Shown here one piece after another: positions 8,474 through 17,068 of a stretch of DNA of 64,000 nucleotides. Position numbers and translations under genes: made by a program. Position 1 is the first letter of the stretch. Each line of letters opens with the position of its first letter. This stretch comes from an uncultured Eubacteriales bacterium. GTDB taxonomy: Bacteria; Bacillota; Clostridia; Oscillospirales; CAG-272. The stretch spans positions 65,064-129,063 of the forward strand of contig URAP01000001.1 of NCBI GenBank assembly GCA_900545935.1, written 5' to 3'. The notes beneath the pieces were generated by a model, which saw only the letters and a program-made list of their open reading frames with translations, made no database searches and was not told the origin of the DNA.

Positions 8474-9595
8474 TCAGTTGATCTTAACATTCTCCCAGAG
8501 AGTATTAATATAGCCGAGGGTGTCGTTATCGAGATTACGGAATGCGAGGGTGTTATACTGCTCGGAAAAGCTGCCGAGCTCGGGATAAAGGATAGCCATT
8601 GCTTCGGCGCCCATTTCCTCGATATAAGAAGCGCTGTTATAGACAACACTGTTCGGTGACGCATAGTAGGTATACTCTGCATTTGCAACGGCAGGCTCCT
8701 CGGAAAGCATATAGTTTATAAATATCTCCGCAAGCTCCTTATTTTCGGCGCAGGAGGGGATGCACATAGCATCTACATAAAAATTGGTTCTCTCCGGATA
8801 GTAGAACTGCAGGTCAACATTATCCGCCTGAGCGTCGACCATCGTGAAGTAGTCGCCGGCATAATATGCACCGATCGCTGCCTCGCCGGATTCCATCATA
8901 TTGTAGATCTCATCCATGACGTAGCTATGAACGAGCGGGCGCTGTGCAAGAAGCTCATTATACGCCTTATCCCACTCTGCATGATCTGTAGTATTAACGT
9001 CGATTCCGAGCTTATACATCGCGGTGCCGAATGCGTCACGGGAATTATTAAACTGAACTATTCGGTCGCTGTACTTTTCATTCCACATAAGATCCCAGTC
9101 GCCGGCATCAGCCTCGTCAACGACATTTGCGTCATAGATAACACCGACAATGCCGTAGGTATAAGGAACGGTATATTTGTTATCGGGATCGTAATAGAGG
9201 CTCTTGAAGTTTTCGTCGATATTCTTGTAGTTAGGAATATTATCAAAATTCAGCGGCTGGAGCAGCTCTTCGTCTGCCATTCTCGCTATCATGTAATCCG
9301 AGGGGATAATAACGTCGTAGCTGACTGCACCGCTCGATATTTTGTTATACATATCCTCGTTTGATGCATAAGTAGTATAATTTACAGTGACCTTTTGACC
9401 GTAGTTTTCCTCATACCACTTTTCAAATTCGCGAACGGTATCAAAGCTGCCCTCGCTGCCGTCCGAAATATACTCACCCCAGTTGTAAACATTGAGCGTG
9501 AGCGAATTCGAGCTTCCGCAGGAGGTGAGTGCGGCACCGAGTAGAACGGCTGCGGCTGTCATAATAGCTGCGTTTTTTACGGTTTTAAGCTTCAT
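8474..9595 (-). CDS. potD: spermidine/putrescine ABC transporter substrate-binding lipoprotein
   Basis: Signal peptide plus lipobox LTSCG. PotD-like sequence throughout. RBS AAAGGAG upstream. Confidence 0.85.
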   Translation of the reverse strand: MKLKTVKNAAIMTAAAVLLGAALTSCGSSNSLTLNVYNWGEYISDGSEGSFDTVREFEKWYEENYGQKVTVNYTTYASNEDMYNKISSGAVSYDVIIPSDYMIARMADEELLQPLNFDNIPNYKNIDENFKSLYYDPDNKYTVPYTYGIVGVIYDANVVDEADAGDWDLMWNEKYSDRIVQFNNSRDAFGTAMYKLGIDVNTTDHAEWDKAYNELLAQRPLVHSYVMDEIYNMMESGEAAIGAYYAGDYFTMVDAQADNVDLQFYYPERTNFYVDAMCIPSCAENKELAEIFINYMLSEEPAVANAEYTYYASPNSVVYNSASYIEEMGAEAMAILYPELGSFSEQYNTLAFRNLDNDTLGYINTLWENVKIN

Positions 9596-9800
9596 ACTTA
9601 ACTCCTTTTATTTATCAGATTTATCGTGGAGGATGCCGCTTTCGCGGTTTCTGTATTTTTGTAATATTGCTTGCATAATGCTTGCGCCTTCATACACGGC
9701 AGCATTATGTGAAACAAAATTCGGGACGGGGAATTTCGTTCATATTTCAGATCTGTTTCTGTGAGATCCCATAATATGGTGTGGCGGGTGATAACAGGTA

Positions 9801-10661
9801 TCACACTTCCCTATTTTCCTCTATGTGCGCGTGATGCTTACGCTGTCTGCGCTGTTCGCGGAGATGCTTTCGGTCATCGCTGTCGACGACATTGCTTATC
9901 AGCAACAGCGAGAGCGTCACAAAAAATATGATGGTCGCAAGAGCGTACATCTTAGGTGTGACCGTCTTTTTTGTCATGCCGTATATACGGATGGGCAGCG
10001 TTTCAAATCCGTTGCCGGATGTGAAATAGCTGATAACAAAGTCGTCGAGCGACAGCGTGAATGCCATTATAGCACCGGTCACGATTCCCGGAAGTATCTC
10101 CGGCAGCTCGACCTTGAGAAACGCCCGCATGGGAGTGCAGCCGAGGTCCATTGCTGCCTCGGGAAGCGAATCATCCATCTGTCTGAGCTTCGGCAGCACC
10201 TGCAGTATAATATACGGCGTGCAGAATGTAACGTGTGCGACAAGCATCGTTCCGAAGCTTAGGCTCGTTGTCGCACCGAAAAATCTGCCGACGAAAACGA
10301 ACATCAGCATCAGCGAGATACCGGTAATAATATCGGGATTTGTCATCGGGATATCGGTGACGGTGTTCATTGCCGCCTTATACCAGCGCGAACGGAGCTT
10401 GTCGATACCGAGAGCGGCAAGCGTTCCGATAATCGTAGATATAGCCGTAGCCGAAGCAGCAAGAATAAGCGTGTTCTTGACCGATTCAAGGGTGTTGCGG
10501 TCGCGTAAAAGCTCCTCATACCATTTCAGTGAAAAGCCGGAGAAAACCGAAAGGCTCTTCCCTTCGTTAAACGAGAACACAAGCAGGACCGCGATAGGAG
10601 CAAAGAGAAAAATAAATATTATTGCGCTGTATATTTTAGCGGACAGCTTCATCTTATTCAT
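9801..10661 (-). CDS. potC: spermidine/putrescine ABC transporter permease
   Basis: Binding-protein-dependent permease fold with the EAA loop (EAAMDLGCTPMRAF). Start set at ATG 10661, 6 nt after GGAGGTG. Has an unusual basic C-terminal tail. Confidence 0.85.
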   Translation of the reverse strand: MNKMKLSAKIYSAIIFIFLFAPIAVLLVFSFNEGKSLSVFSGFSLKWYEELLRDRNTLESVKNTLILAASATAISTIIGTLAALGIDKLRSRWYKAAMNTVTDIPMTNPDIITGISLMLMFVFVGRFFGATTSLSFGTMLVAHVTFCTPYIILQVLPKLRQMDDSLPEAAMDLGCTPMRAFLKVELPEILPGIVTGAIMAFTLSLDDFVISYFTSGNGFETLPIRIYGMTKKTVTPKMYALATIIFFVTLSLLLISNVVDSDDRKHLREQRRQRKHHAHIEENREV

Positions 10662-10662
10662 C

Positions 10663-11556
10663 TCAATCACCTCCGTATACGAATCGCGACGTGCAGTACT
10701 TCATTATCGCCATACCGGCAAGAAGTATCAGCATAAGCACAAAAGCTATTGCAGCCGCAAAATGGAGATTGTTTGCGACATATTGTCCCTCGATGGCATC
10801 GCCGATGAGAAAGAATTTACCGCTTCCGAGCTTCTGTGATATATAGAAGGTACTGATTGAAGGGATGAGTACCATAGTTATACCCGAAATAATACCCGGC
10901 ATACTCAGCGGCAGTACCACTCTGCGCAGCACAGAAAAGCCGTTGCAGCCGAGGTCTCGCGCTGCTTCAACGAGTCTGCCGTCGAGCTTGACGAGTATAG
11001 AGTATATCGGGAGAATCATATACGGGAAATAGTCATATACCATTCCGATAATGACCGCCGTCTCTGTGCCGATAACATGTATCGGAGCAATTCCGAGCTT
11101 GTCGAGCAGACCGTTGACGATACCGGCATCCTGAAGAATAGTCATCCATGCGTAGGTGCGGATAAGAAAGTTCATCCACATCGGTATCATTATCAGCGTC
11201 ATCATGGTTTTCTGTGTTTTTTCCTTGGCGTGAGCCATGATATAGGCGATAGGATAACCGAGCAGCAGGCATATTGCCGTAGAAATGACGGCGAGCTTTA
11301 GAGAGCGCAGGAATATGAGCAGATATGTGCGTACCTCGGCCGAGGTTCCGTCATCCTGAACAAGACTGCTCTTTGCGGTAAAGAAGCGCATGATATGCTC
11401 TGTCGTAAATGCGAAATTATTATCGGTAAAAGCGTAGTATGCAACGAATAACAGCGGGACAATAACGAACAGCAGCGACCATATCGAATACGGTGCGAGC
11501 ACCGCGCGATAGGTCCCGTGAGTGAGCTTCTCCGTTTTTTTCTGTGACAGCCTCAT
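10663..11556 (-). CDS. potB: spermidine/putrescine ABC transporter permease
   Basis: EAA loop [18 protein letters not shown] overlap with the potA stop. Confidence 0.85.
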   Translation of the reverse strand: MRLSQKKTEKLTHGTYRAVLAPYSIWSLLFVIVPLLFVAYYAFTDNNFAFTTEHIMRFFTAKSSLVQDDGTSAEVRTYLLIFLRSLKLAVISTAICLLLGYPIAYIMAHAKEKTQKTMMTLIMIPMWMNFLIRTYAWMTILQDAGIVNGLLDKLGIAPIHVIGTETAVIIGMVYDYFPYMILPIYSILVKLDGRLVEAARDLGCNGFSVLRRVVLPLSMPGIISGITMVLIPSISTFYISQKLGSGKFFLIGDAIEGQYVANNLHFAAAIAFVLMLILLAGMAIMKYCTSRFVYGGD

Positions 11557-12671
11557 TCGTCTTCCTCACTTTCCGGGTTGGCAAGCTCATCGAGCTCGTT
11601 TGAGAAGGAAGAATAGTCTCCGTACATACCCGAGTATTCGGACTTTTTCATTATATGAATTGCGTCCGGCTCAAGCTCGATGCCGATAAAAGCACCCTCT
11701 TCAACGTGGTCGGTGGTCTGTATCATCCATTTAAAGCCGTCAATATCGACAATAGCCTCATTGTGCACACCCATAAATGTTACCGATGTGACCTTGCCGC
11801 GCAGCATACCGCGCTCGGGGGCTACGATGTCTACATCCTCGGGTCTTATGACAACATCGACAGACTCGCGGGGGGCAAAGCCGCTGTCAAGGCACTTAAA
11901 GGTCTGACCGCCGAACGAAACAATGTAGTCCTCTATCATAATGCCGTCAACGATATTGCTCTCGCCGATAAAGTCGGCAACAAAGGCATTCTGCGGCTCA
12001 TTGTATATATCGCTCGGAGTGCCTATCTGTTGTATCTTGCCCTCGCTCATAACGACAATGGTATCGGACATGCTCAGCGCCTCTTCCTGATCATGCGTGA
12101 CGAAGATAAAGGTTATTCCGGTGTTCTTCTGTATCTTTTTCAGCTCCTGCTGCATATCCTTGCGCAGCTTCAGGTCAAGGGCGCCGAGAGGCTCGTCAAG
12201 GAGCAGGATCTTAGGCTCGTTTACGAGTGCACGTGCAATAGCTACACGCTGCTGCTGACCGCCCGAGAGACTTGTGACGCGGCGTTCGGCGAAGCCGGAG
12301 AGCATAACCATTGAAAGCATGCGCTCTACCTTTTCCTTTATCTCCTTTTTCGGCAGTCCGCGCTCGCGAAGAGGAAACGCCACATTTTCAAAGACATTCA
12401 GATGCGGAAACAGAGCATACTTCTGAAATACGGTATTGACATGGCGCTTATGCGGCGGAACATCGTTTATACGCTCGCCCATAAAGATAACGTCGCCGCA
12501 GTCGGGATATTCAAAGCCGCCGATAATTCGCAGTGTGGTGGTCTTTCCGCAGCCTGAGGGACCGAGCAGCGTTATGAATTCATTGTCGTGTATGTCGAGA
12601 CTGATGCCGTCAAGCACCGTTTCTCCGTCAAATGATTTGGAGATGTTTTTAAGTTCGATAATCTTTTTCAT
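11553..12671 (-). CDS. potA: spermidine/putrescine import ATP-binding protein
   Basis: Walker [10 protein letters not shown], signature [15 protein letters not shown], Walker B ILLLDEP, and a C-terminal TOBE-like domain. The second ATG (12671) has better spacing to GGGAGAG. Confidence 0.9.
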   Translation of the reverse strand: MKKIIELKNISKSFDGETVLDGISLDIHDNEFITLLGPSGCGKTTTLRIIGGFEYPDCGDVIFMGERINDVPPHKRHVNTVFQKYALFPHLNVFENVAFPLRERGLPKKEIKEKVERMLSMVMLSGFAERRVTSLSGGQQQRVAIARALVNEPKILLLDEPLGALDLKLRKDMQQELKKIQKNTGITFIFVTHDQEEALSMSDTIVVMSEGKIQQIGTPSDIYNEPQNAFVADFIGESNIVDGIMIEDYIVSFGGQTFKCLDSGFAPRESVDVVIRPEDVDIVAPERGMLRGKVTSVTFMGVHNEAIVDIDGFKWMIQTTDHVEEGAFIGIELEPDAIHIMKKSEYSGMYGDYSSFSNELDELANPESEEDE

Positions 12672-12744
12672 GTCCATACTCTCCCGTATCTGCCGCTGCT
12701 GCGGTCAATATTTCACGTTCCTCGGCGCTGCGGAGCGTGCATAC

Positions 12745-12784
12745 ATAAAATAAAAAAGCGGCACGCTGCCCGGCAGCATGTCGC
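12745..12784 (-). terminator. intrinsic terminator inside the potA leader (candidate attenuator)
   Basis: Minus strand reads GCGACATGCTGCC-G-GGCAGCGTGCCGC followed by TTTTTTATTTTAT. It lies about 65 nt upstream of the potA start. Confidence 0.65.
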
Positions 12785-13205
12785 TTGTAAAAATTGCATG
12801 ACAATATACACCCACGCGCGTACACGGACATGCGGAAGGTGCATTCCCATTACCGATGAAAATCGCAGCGGCGCGAGCCGATACGACAAAATTCCCGTGC
12901 GGGTACACAGACGAGGTATGGGTAAACATCAAATCACAATTAGATCAGAGTCTATATAGCAAAGATTACTTTTACTACTCTTATTGATCATTTCACAAGT
13001 TCATGCCAAAGGCATATCGGTTATAAAGTAACCAACTTATAAAACTGAGCTTTTAACTCAACCAATAAGGCAACAGAAGTTGCCAACTGCCGCAGTGCGG
13101 CGAATTTCGGCATTCGACCCGGCTGTCCGTATGGCCTCAGCCGACTGTACATCGGCGGTCGTTTTAATCCTGCTTCGGAACACTGTTCCAATTGAGATCA
13201 TGAAA

Positions 13206-13233
13206 AGTATAGCACAGATTTTTGAATTGTCAA
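13206..13233 (-). promoter_or_regulatory. near-consensus sigma-A promoter (TTGACA-16 nt-TATACT, TGn extended -10)
   Basis: Minus strand reads TTGACAattcaaaaatctgtgcTATACT, about 530 nt upstream of potA. Confidence 0.55.
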
Positions 13234-13329
13234 TCCCTTTTTCAAAAATTGCGGATTTTTTTCTTTTTACTACTTTTTATCCCTTAAAATCAACCGATTT
13301 TTTGTGCAAGAATAAGCTCGGTTTTGCGC

Positions 13330-13412
13330 GGTGCAGCTGCGTCTATACATTATTTCCCATCCGCTGTGCGGCAGCTGCTTTTCGTCGAAATCCATCGATG
13401 GTGCAGCTGCGT
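13330..13412. repeat. three copies of a motif built on the palindrome GCAGCTGC
   Basis: GGTGCAGCTGCGT occurs at 13330-13342 and 13400-13412, exactly 70 bp apart. A degenerate copy GTGCGGCAGCTGC lies at 13367-13379. Confidence 0.85.
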
Positions 13413-13477
13413 TTTATAGCTGAAGGATAAGAAAGAAAATGCATCCGGCGGCAGCATTATACATCCTTGCAAAAGCC

Positions 13478-13527
13478 CAAAAAGCATCCGACAATACGAG
13501 ACATGCTCGGAATATCGGATGCTTTTC
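13478..13527 (-). terminator. rho-independent terminator downstream of the oleate hydratase gene
   Basis: Stem AAAGCATCCGA / TCGGATGCTTT, with a T-run on the minus strand (and a weaker one on plus). Confidence 0.65.
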
Positions 13528-13657
13528 TGACGGCTCAGAGGAGTAAAGTGGGTCATACCCACTTCCCTGCACCGATCATAAAGAATTTATAATGACAGAC
13601 GGAATGATAATAGATAATCGGTTGTTGCCTGACGGTTTTTGATGGTGTCCGTCAGGG

Positions 13658-15451
13658 TCACTCGATAAGTCCGCTATCTCGAAGCAGCTGTTCGACATCG
13701 GTGCCCTGAATCTTTTTGAGTGCAATCTTAAGCAGTTCTTTTTCCTTGAATGATAGCTTGATCTCGCTTATCGGCTTCTTGTCGACAGCATAGTAGCATG
13801 CACGCAGCAGCTCGCGGACATCATACTTACTGCCCCATACCTCGGGTACACCACGGTCGATGTCAAGCAGTGTGTAGACCGACTCCATACCTGTACGCAT
13901 CGAATACTCGATCGTAAAGATCGTATCGCGGGGTGTCTCGGTGAACTGACCGAGGAACGCAAGGTTTACCGAGCCGTCCGGCACGACATGCGGACGATCG
14001 GAATTTTTTCTCGGCTGGAAGAACGCGTTGATATACGGCATGAAGCAGGTCGTAGTATTGCAGGCATCGGCTGCAAGCGGCTCGATCCTATCCTCCGGTA
14101 CGCCGATGTGATACAGCCACTCACGGCAGATCTCCTCGCCGGTACAGTCACGCATTGCCTTCTTCACATAGTTGCCCTCTGCGCGTGTATTCAGAGCATA
14201 CAGCCATACAAGGACCGAATTTTTATCCTGAGAGTGGAACTGCGGCTGACGGTTGATGGTCCATGAGAGATACCAGTTATCCGCGCTGTCCTTAACGGTA
14301 ACGATTCCGCCGGTAGTTACCTTACCGGCACGAGGATCGCGCTTGCATATATCTATGATATGGCGGATGACCTCTTCATTTGAGGTCTCTACGGTTGCGC
14401 TCATCCAGTTTGTTGCTTCGATATCGTTGCAGAATGCAGCGGGATTGCCGAATTCACCGTTTTCTGCCTGAGCGGCGATCTTCTTCCACATATCCCATGC
14501 CTCGCCCTTGCCGTTCTCGAGACCGGAGAGGTCGGGAGCATGCGTCTGATCACCATAGCAGGTGCTGTCGGTGCAGGAGCCGTTTGTAACGAATACAAGA
14601 TCATCCTCGATAAGGTCAATGGTCTGCTCCTCGCCGTTACGGACGTAGACGATCTGCTTTGCGATTATCTTTCCGTCCTCGTGGACAACGACAACATTCT
14701 TGACATCCATGCCGTATTCGATGCGCACACCGTGCGACTCGAGATATTTTACAAGCGGCAGAATAAGACTCTCATACTGATTGTACTTTGTGAAGCGCAG
14801 CGCGCTGAAATCGGGCAGCCCGTCGATGTGATGAACATAGCGGCAGAGATAACGCTTCATCTCAAGCGCGCTCGAATATCTCTGGAATGCAAACATCGTC
14901 TGCCAGTAGAGCCAAAAGTTTGTGCTCCAGAACGACTCGGGCAGCACCTCGGATATCTTCTTGTCCTCAAGCTCGGACTCTGGTGTGATAAACAGGCGCG
15001 AGAGTGCAATAGCGGAATCGCGGTCAAGCTCAAAGCGTCCGTCGGTGTGCGCATCCTTGCCACAGTCAACGGTCGCACGGCAGAGAGAATAGTTCGGGTC
15101 GTGCTTATTCAGGCGATAGTATTCATCGAGTACCGAGAGACCGGGATGCTCGAGCGAGGGAACATCGCGGAACATATCCCACATAACCTCGAAATGATTA
15201 TCCATCTCACGGCCTCCGCGCATAAAGAAGCCCTTTGTTATATCGCGTCTGCCGTCACAGCTTCCGCCCGCGAGCTCGCTTTTCTCAAGCAGATGAATGT
15301 GCTCCCCCTTCATCTGACCGTCACGAACGAGATAGAAAGCAGCCGTCAGTCCTGCAAGGCCGGTACCGATGATGTATGCCGACTTCTTGTCAACATCCTT
15401 CGGTTTTTCCGGGTGTACAAACGATTCATAGGTTCCTGCTGAGTAATACAT
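13658..15451 (-). CDS. ohyA: oleate hydratase (MCRA family, FAD-dependent)
   Basis: 597 aa. N-terminus MYYSAGTYESF...KSAYIIGTGLAGLTAAFYLVRDG and the overall sequence are typical of myosin-cross-reactive-antigen fatty acid hydratases. RBS GGAGG upstream. Confidence 0.9.
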   Translation of the reverse strand: MYYSAGTYESFVHPEKPKDVDKKSAYIIGTGLAGLTAAFYLVRDGQMKGEHIHLLEKSELAGGSCDGRRDITKGFFMRGGREMDNHFEVMWDMFRDVPSLEHPGLSVLDEYYRLNKHDPNYSLCRATVDCGKDAHTDGRFELDRDSAIALSRLFITPESELEDKKISEVLPESFWSTNFWLYWQTMFAFQRYSSALEMKRYLCRYVHHIDGLPDFSALRFTKYNQYESLILPLVKYLESHGVRIEYGMDVKNVVVVHEDGKIIAKQIVYVRNGEEQTIDLIEDDLVFVTNGSCTDSTCYGDQTHAPDLSGLENGKGEAWDMWKKIAAQAENGEFGNPAAFCNDIEATNWMSATVETSNEEVIRHIIDICKRDPRAGKVTTGGIVTVKDSADNWYLSWTINRQPQFHSQDKNSVLVWLYALNTRAEGNYVKKAMRDCTGEEICREWLYHIGVPEDRIEPLAADACNTTTCFMPYINAFFQPRKNSDRPHVVPDGSVNLAFLGQFTETPRDTIFTIEYSMRTGMESVYTLLDIDRGVPEVWGSKYDVRELLRACYYAVDKKPISEIKLSFKEKELLKIALKKIQGTDVEQLLRDSGLIE

Positions 15452-15485
15452 AATTCACGCCTCCGGTGATTTATTTTGTAATTCT

Positions 15486-15513
15486 ATTATAACCGTTTTT
15501 TTCATCCTTACAA
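15486..15513 (-). promoter_or_regulatory. candidate ohyA promoter (TTGTAA-16 nt-TATAAT)
   Basis: Minus strand reads TTGTAAggatgaaaaaaacggtTATAAT, about 35 nt upstream of the ohyA start. Confidence 0.45.
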
Positions 15514-15519
15514 TAATCA

Positions 15520-15555
15520 GAAAAAGTCCCGCGATAAAAGTTTTATCACGGGACT
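15520..15555 (-). terminator. long palindrome between tetR and ohyA (terminator and/or operator)
   Basis: AGTCCCGCGATAAAA g TTTTATCACGGGACT: 15-bp arms with one mismatch, followed on the minus strand by TTTTTC. Confidence 0.6.
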
Positions 15556-15636
15556 GCGGGATGTATAATTTTTTATCAAAGGCGGTTTTATGATAATAAC
15601 GATCGGAATGCGGCACGAATGCATCCGCATGCACAT

Positions 15637-16206
15637 TTAATAGGATGACGTTCGGATAGCAAAGCGGGATAGCGCATCGTTTACAGAATCCTTTATAAGT
15701 ATCGAAAGCCTGCCGACTATCTCCTTAGGATCCTCCTTCATATCGTCCTTTATCCAGTCGAGCATAAGTCCGACGAAAACATAGGAATATATCTGAGCGA
15801 TAAATTCCTTATCCTCTTGCCGAACCGTGATATTCTCTGACTGTTCATCGAGCACACCCATCACGAGACTGTCGACCTGCGGTTTAAGATATCTCTCGAC
15901 CTGCTCGCGGTGAACACAGCGATATACATTCATGACAAATGGTTTGTTATCGAGCACTACCTCGAATAATCTCAGAAAGCCCTCCTGCCATGTGTCGTGC
16001 GTAGTCTTATTTTCGAGTGCGCGGCGAGCGTCCTCAAGGCAGCACCACTCTACAAGGTCGTATATATCCTTGAAATGATAATAAAAAGTCATGCGGTTTA
16101 TCCCGCAGTCCTCGGCAATATCGTTGATCGTTATCTTTGTCAACGGCTTTTTAAGAAGAAGCTTTTTCAGTGATTCTTCAAGCGCACGCTTTGTCAGCTG
16201 AGACAT
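15637..16206 (-). CDS. TetR/AcrR-family transcriptional regulator
   Basis: N-terminal HTH ITINDIAEDCGINRMTFYYHFKDIYDL. 189 aa. Confidence 0.88.
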   Translation of the reverse strand: MSQLTKRALEESLKKLLLKKPLTKITINDIAEDCGINRMTFYYHFKDIYDLVEWCCLEDARRALENKTTHDTWQEGFLRLFEVVLDNKPFVMNVYRCVHREQVERYLKPQVDSLVMGVLDEQSENITVRQEDKEFIAQIYSYVFVGLMLDWIKDDMKEDPKEIVGRLSILIKDSVNDALSRFAIRTSSY

Positions 16207-16552
16207 AGTCTTTCCCTCCTCCGTGTGTCAGCGAGTGAACCCAATAGCGATATTATGCCGCGTAGGTGAGGCGACAGCTCCGAGCGCAAACACATACTGC
16301 GCGCATCGGATAAACTGTCTGCATTATAACACAACCCGGCGCGAAAATCAAGATTATGCGCATCTGCGTAACCGAAATTTTACCGCGCCGTAACAGATAC
16401 TACGGTGTAAAAAACAGATATAAAGCAGGCGAAAACACGAAACAGATCGGTGCTGCGGCACATCATTTTCAGCACGTCTTTGAGTTCAATTCGCAGCCTT
16501 GCCTTCTGTTTGGTAAAAAATGCCGCACTCTTGGTTACTGTTAATAATAGAG

Positions 16553-16580
16553 CAAAAGGGCCACCGCAATGCGGTGACCC
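16553..16580 (-). terminator. rho-independent terminator after the pgi/P-loop pair
   Basis: Minus strand reads GGGTCACCGC attg GCGGTGGCCC followed by TTTTG. Confidence 0.6.
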
Positions 16581-16618
16581 TCCGCTCCGCGGTACTCAGG
16601 TACCTCAGAGACTGTTTT

Positions 16619-17029
16619 TTACTTGGTATAGCCCTCAAGCTCGGCAGGAAGCTCCTCAACCGGAATAGAGGAGGTGATAACAATGTTAACACCGCTCTTC
16701 TCAGCGAGAGCGCCGACATGCTTTACAAACTTGATGAACTCAGCCATGTTGTCAGCGCATATCTTGAGCGCAGAGTCGATAAAGAGGTCGGTGATATCAC
16801 TGTTGCTTGCAATCATGCCGCAAACAAAGCCGTAGAGCATGTGCGCGTCAATGATAGAATACTCGTCAACATCAACGAGTCTGCCCTGATACTTGATTTC
16901 ATGCATGAGCTTATTGCCCTTTTCTACGCAGATAACCGCGCCCTTGGTGGTCTCGATAGCCTTGTTGGCAAGGTCGATCAGCTGCTTGGTCTTACCTGTT
17001 CCCTTGATGCCGACAATAAGTTTAATCAT
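16619..17029 (-). CDS. small stand-alone P-loop NTPase-like protein (136 aa)
   Basis: Walker A GIKGTGKT at residues 7-14. Possible Walker B LVDVDE. RBS AGGAGG upstream. Lies 39 nt downstream of pgi. Confidence 0.6.
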   Translation of the reverse strand: MIKLIVGIKGTGKTKQLIDLANKAIETTKGAVICVEKGNKLMHEIKYQGRLVDVDEYSIIDAHMLYGFVCGMIASNSDITDLFIDSALKICADNMAEFIKFVKHVGALAEKSGVNIVITSSIPVEELPAELEGYTK

Positions 17030-17068
17030 AATAATCCTCCTATATGGTTAAAATTTGGATTTCCTTTG

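Noticed and set aside
9598-9804. 68-aa ORF in the potC-potD spacer
   Set aside because: Its GTG start overlaps the potC stop (gtGTGa). The product is basic with no hydrophobic or structured character. The region is better explained as a structured intercistronic RNA.
13109-13120. T-loop-like GGGTCGAATGCC on the minus strand (a possible tRNA or tmRNA 3' domain?)
   Set aside because: It does not match the GTTCGAATC T-loop. No acceptor stem or CCA context, no anticodon arm, and no tmRNA tag reading frame or GGGG 5' end could be found around it.
13080-13430. 116-aa plus-strand ORF in the pot/ohyA gap (and minus-strand ORFs 12649-12932 and 13350-13562)
   Set aside because: They have no RBS and implausible composition, and they span the candidate promoter and repeat elements. 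They are more parsimoniously non-coding leader or regulatory DNA.
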